Shown here: positions 60,825 to 64,000 of the stretch, in pieces | Layout: each line of letters starts with the position of its first letter | How positions within the stretch are numbered: the first letter of the stretch is position 1 | From: Thermomicrobiales bacterium | GTDB taxonomy: Bacteria > Chloroflexota > Chloroflexia > Thermomicrobiales > UBA6265 | Direction of reading: 5' to 3' | NCBI GenBank assembly: GCA_035708745.1 | Contig: DASTFJ010000250.1 | Coordinates: forward strand, 7,467 to 71,466 | Length of the DNA: 64,000 nucleotides | The notes under the pieces: model-generated | What the model was told of the DNA's origin: nothing | Database searches by the model: none | The model's input: the letters and a program-made list of their open reading frames with translations, nothing else | Program-made: the position numbers and the translations under genes

Positions 60825-62309
60825 CTAGAGAATGAAGTTGCTGAGATCATCGTCGACCGCGATCTCGCCCACGCGCTCGGTCACGAACGCCTCCTCGATG
60901 ACGATCCGTTCGCCCGGTCGGTCACTCGCCGAGAAGGAAATTTCTTCCAGAACTTTCTCGAAGATCGTCTGCAAGCGCCGCGCTCCAATGTCCTCGGTGC
61001 GGCCATTGACCAGGGTTGCAAGCCGGGCCATCTCGCGCAGCGAGCCATCAGTGAACGCCAGCTCGACGCGTTCGGTTGCCAGCAGCGCTTCGTACTGCCG
61101 CGTCAACGCATTGCGCGGCTCGGTCAATATGCGGTAGAGATCGTCCTCATCGAGGCTGCTGAGCTCGACCCGGATCGGGAAGCGCCCCTGCAGCTCCGGA
61201 ATCAGGTCCGACGGTCGCGTGTCGTGAAACGATCCCGCTGCGATGAAGAGAACATGATCGGTCTTCACCGGACCGTATCGCGTCATGACGACCGAACCCT
61301 CGACGATCGGCAGCAGATCGCGCTGGACACCCTCGCCAGAGACATCGCCACCGTAGTCGTTCCCCGATGAGATGGTTTTGTCGATCTCATCGAGAAAGAT
61401 CACGCCCGACTCCTCGACCCGCAGAATCGCGTCATCGATGACCGAACCGGCATCGACCATACGGTACGCCTCCTGCTGGGTCAGGATTCGCTCAGCTTCG
61501 CGCACCGACACCTTCCGGCGGGTCGGCCTGCGTGGCATGAGACTATCTAGGAAATCCCGGAAGGTGCCGTGCATGTCGTCGCCGAAGTCGTCGCCGAACT
61601 CGCCCGGATCGAACTCACCGAAATCGTCGTACTCGATATCGATTTCGATGGTTTCCTCGTCCAGCGCGTGTTCCTGAAGAAGCCGCAGCGTACGCTTGCG
61701 CTCCCGTTGCAGGCGCCGCTGTTCGGTCAGACGTTTCCGGGCGTCGGCATCCCCCTCGCTGCCAGGGTCAGTTTCCTGCCTACGGCTTTCGTTTCGCACG
61801 GGCTTGCGGCTCAGCATCTGCTCGGTGACCAGATCGGCCAGCCGTTCCTCCGCCAGCTGGCTGGCCTGTTCCCGCACTTCGTCCATGCGTTTGTTGTGCA
61901 AGTTGCTGATGGCAACCTCGACCAGATCGCGAACGATCGATTCGACATCGCGACCGACATAGCCGACTTCGGTGAACTTGGTCGCCTCGACTTTGAGGAA
62001 CGGTGCATCGACCATCTTGGCAACCCGGCGGGCAATCTCGGTTTTGCCGACGCCGGTTGGACCGATCATTAGAATGTTGCGCGGATGGATCTCTTCACGC
62101 AGCTCATCCGGCAGCAAACGGCGGCGGTATCGATTGCGCAATGCAACCGCCACCGCGCGCTTTGCGTCGTCCTGGCCGATGATGTGCAGATCGAGCTCGC
62201 GGACGATATTGGCGGGAGTCAGATTCTCGACGATGATATCGTCTTTCGCATCCCCTCCGGTGCGGTGCGGAGTCGTCGCGCGGTCAGTATGGCGAGCGGT
62301 TTCGGCCAT
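60825..62309 (-). CDS. hslU: ATP-dependent protease ATPase subunit HslU
   Basis: [36 protein letters not shown] and C-terminal DLSNFIL. Confidence 0.96.
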   Translation of the reverse strand: MAETARHTDRATTPHRTGGDAKDDIIVENLTPANIVRELDLHIIGQDDAKRAVAVALRNRYRRRLLPDELREEIHPRNILMIGPTGVGKTEIARRVAKMVDAPFLKVEATKFTEVGYVGRDVESIVRDLVEVAISNLHNKRMDEVREQASQLAEERLADLVTEQMLSRKPVRNESRRQETDPGSEGDADARKRLTEQRRLQRERKRTLRLLQEHALDEETIEIDIEYDDFGEFDPGEFGDDFGDDMHGTFRDFLDSLMPRRPTRRKVSVREAERILTQQEAYRMVDAGSVIDDAILRVEESGVIFLDEIDKTISSGNDYGGDVSGEGVQRDLLPIVEGSVVMTRYGPVKTDHVLFIAAGSFHDTRPSDLIPELQGRFPIRVELSSLDEDDLYRILTEPRNALTRQYEALLATERVELAFTDGSLREMARLATLVNGRTEDIGARRLQTIFEKVLEEISFSASDRPGERIVIEEAFVTERVGEIAVDDDLSNFIL

Positions 62310-62986
62310 CAGCGCTCCCCTGCCTTCTTCCGCGCGCGCGATTTTGGCTTTTCCGGTATGGATTGCGCCTCAGCCTCGATCACGTCGACGGGCTCCCCTG
62401 CCGATGCGTCCTCGCCGGCGGGCACACGCACCGATTCGACCGTGAAATGGTTATTCGTGAATATGCAGATATCGGCCGTGATCTCCATGGCCGCTTTCAC
62501 CAGATCGACGGCGTCGAGCTCGGAATGCATCATCAGTGCCTTGGCGGCAGCGGTCGCATAGGGTGCGCCGGAACCGATCGCGACGATGCCATCGTCAGGT
62601 TCGATCACATCTCCTTCTCCGGAGATGACCAGAATCGATTCCGCGTCGGCCACCAGCAGCTGGGCTTCCAGTCGGCGCAGATAGCGATCTGTGCGCCATT
62701 CCTTGGCGAGCTCTACCGAGGCGCGCCGGACATTTCCGTCGCCGGCCTTGAGCTGGCTTTCGAATTTCCCAAACAAGGTCAGGGCATCGGCCACCGCGCC
62801 GGCGAACCCGGCCACGATACGGCCGTTGTCCATCAACCGGATCTTGCGGGCGCCATGTTTCAACACGACGTCGCCCAGGGTCACTTGCCCATCGCCGGCC
62901 ATGGCGACCGTGTCGCCCCGCTTCACCCCCAGAATGGTGGTGGCGTGCGGGCGAGCTCCCCAGGGAGACATACGCTCTTGTGTCAA
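62309..62986 (-). CDS. hslV: ATP-dependent protease peptidase subunit HslV
   Basis: HATTI, AGDGQVT, WRTDRYLRRLEA and AIGSG; start uncertain (62971 or 62986). Confidence 0.95.
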   Translation of the reverse strand: MTQERMSPWGARPHATTILGVKRGDTVAMAGDGQVTLGDVVLKHGARKIRLMDNGRIVAGFAGAVADALTLFGKFESQLKAGDGNVRRASVELAKEWRTDRYLRRLEAQLLVADAESILVISGEGDVIEPDDGIVAIGSGAPYATAAAKALMMHSELDAVDLVKAAMEITADICIFTNNHFTVESVRVPAGEDASAGEPVDVIEAEAQSIPEKPKSRARKKAGER

Positions 62987-63095
62987 GGATCAACTTCTTT
63001 CGAATGGGTTCGACTATCACGTGAGCCGCCCAGGGTGTGGGCGGCTCAACCGGTCAAGTCTACGTCAGGTTGCTGGGGCCGTCACCCCTGGACGT

Positions 63096-64000
63096 TCAAC
63101 CCGCGGCCGGCAACGCGGCTCCGACATGCCCGCAGGCGGGGCACTTGAGCTGTCCCTGCCGGCCGACTTCTTCCATGTGCGATCCGCAGCGGGGACATTT
63201 GGTTTCGACCGGCTTGTTCCAGGTCACGAAATCGCAATCCGGATAGCGACTGCAACCATAGAAGGTGCGCCCCTTTTTCGATCGGCGCTCGACCACGTCA
63301 CCCTCGTGACAAGTCGGACAGGTCATGCCGATCTTGGTCAGCAGCGGTTTCGAGTTTCGGCACTCGGGAAAGCCGCTACAGGCCATAAATTTACCGAACT
63401 TGCCCATCTTGATGACCATCGGCCGTCCGCACTGCTCGCAATCTTCCCCGGCAGGCTCATCCTTGAGCTTGACCCGCTGGATGGTTTGCTCGGCCTGCGC
63501 CAGCGTGGTCTTGAATGGATCGTAAAAGCTGCGTAGAGTCGGAACCCAGGCGCGGTCCCCCGAGGCGATATCGTCGAGTTCGTTTTCCATCTGCGAGGTA
63601 AACCCGATGTCGAAGACATTCGGAAAATGCTCCGCCAACAGATCGCTTACTACCGCGCCGAGCTCGGTCGGGATCAGCTTCTTTTGCTCGGTCGTGATAT
63701 AGCTGCGCGCCAGCAGCGTTGCCAGCGTGGGAGCATAGGTGCTCGGCCGGCCGATCCCCTCTTCCTCCAGCGCCTTGATCAGCGTCGCCTCGGAATATCT
63801 CGGCGGCGGTTGGGTGAAGTGCTGTTCGGGGAAAAGCTCGAGCAGATCCAGAAATTCGCCTTCGGTCACCCGCGGCAGCGCGCCCTTGTCCAGTTCGTCG
63901 ACGTCCCCGTCGTCCCGCCCCGCGGTATAGACCTTCATATAGCCGAGGAACTTCACCACCGAGCCGGTCGCCCGCAGCATGTATGGCGGTTTGTCCAGTT
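63096..64000 (-). CDS. topA: DNA topoisomerase I, C-terminal part (5' end outside the window)
   Basis: GIGRPSTYA, FT..ME..LD.I and tandem C4 zinc ribbons. Confidence 0.95.
   Translation of the reverse strand, partial: LDKPPYMLRATGSVVKFLGYMKVYTAGRDDGDVDELDKGALPRVTEGEFLDLLELFPEQHFTQPPPRYSEATLIKALEEEGIGRPSTYAPTLATLLARSYITTEQKKLIPTELGAVVSDLLAEHFPNVFDIGFTSQMENELDDIASGDRAWVPTLRSFYDPFKTTLAQAEQTIQRVKLKDEPAGEDCEQCGRPMVIKMGKFGKFMACSGFPECRNSKPLLTKIGMTCPTCHEGDVVERRSKKGRTFYGCSRYPDCDFVTWNKPVETKCPRCGSHMEEVGRQGQLKCPACGHVGAALPAAG

Overview
A GC-rich, gene-dense chromosomal segment. The gene style (Tat-exported peptide-binding proteins, T-box regulation, hspR-clpB, hslVU) suggests Chloroflexota, probably Thermomicrobiales; this is inference only. 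Most of it is core metabolism and housekeeping: ychF; a trpEGDCF operon under a Trp-specific T-box riboswitch; a hydantoinase/oxoprolinase A/B pair split by a repeat lipoprotein; HMG-CoA lyase; two M42 peptidases and one M20 peptidase; mutM; a selD-lipid kinase-rsmA-ispE run ending in two apparent pseudoenzymes; hspR-clpB with a HAIR-like operator; a coxSLM-type (AYRGAGR, form II-like) molybdenum hydroxylase; a ThDP enzyme; a GtrA/flavoenzyme/GT-C glycosylation cluster; S41 protease; VOC plus two Rid proteins; ilvE; an oppBCDF-oppA cluster; hslVU; and partial topA. I found no rRNA, tRNA, CRISPR array, transposase or prophage. The most interesting uncharacterised items are the 11-residue-periodic lipoprotein, the pseudokinase plus degenerate MBL-fold pair, the lipid-linked glycosylation cluster, an orphan PD-(D/E)XK-like protein and the Arg-less Rid tandem. 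All annotation is by eye from motifs; no searches were run.
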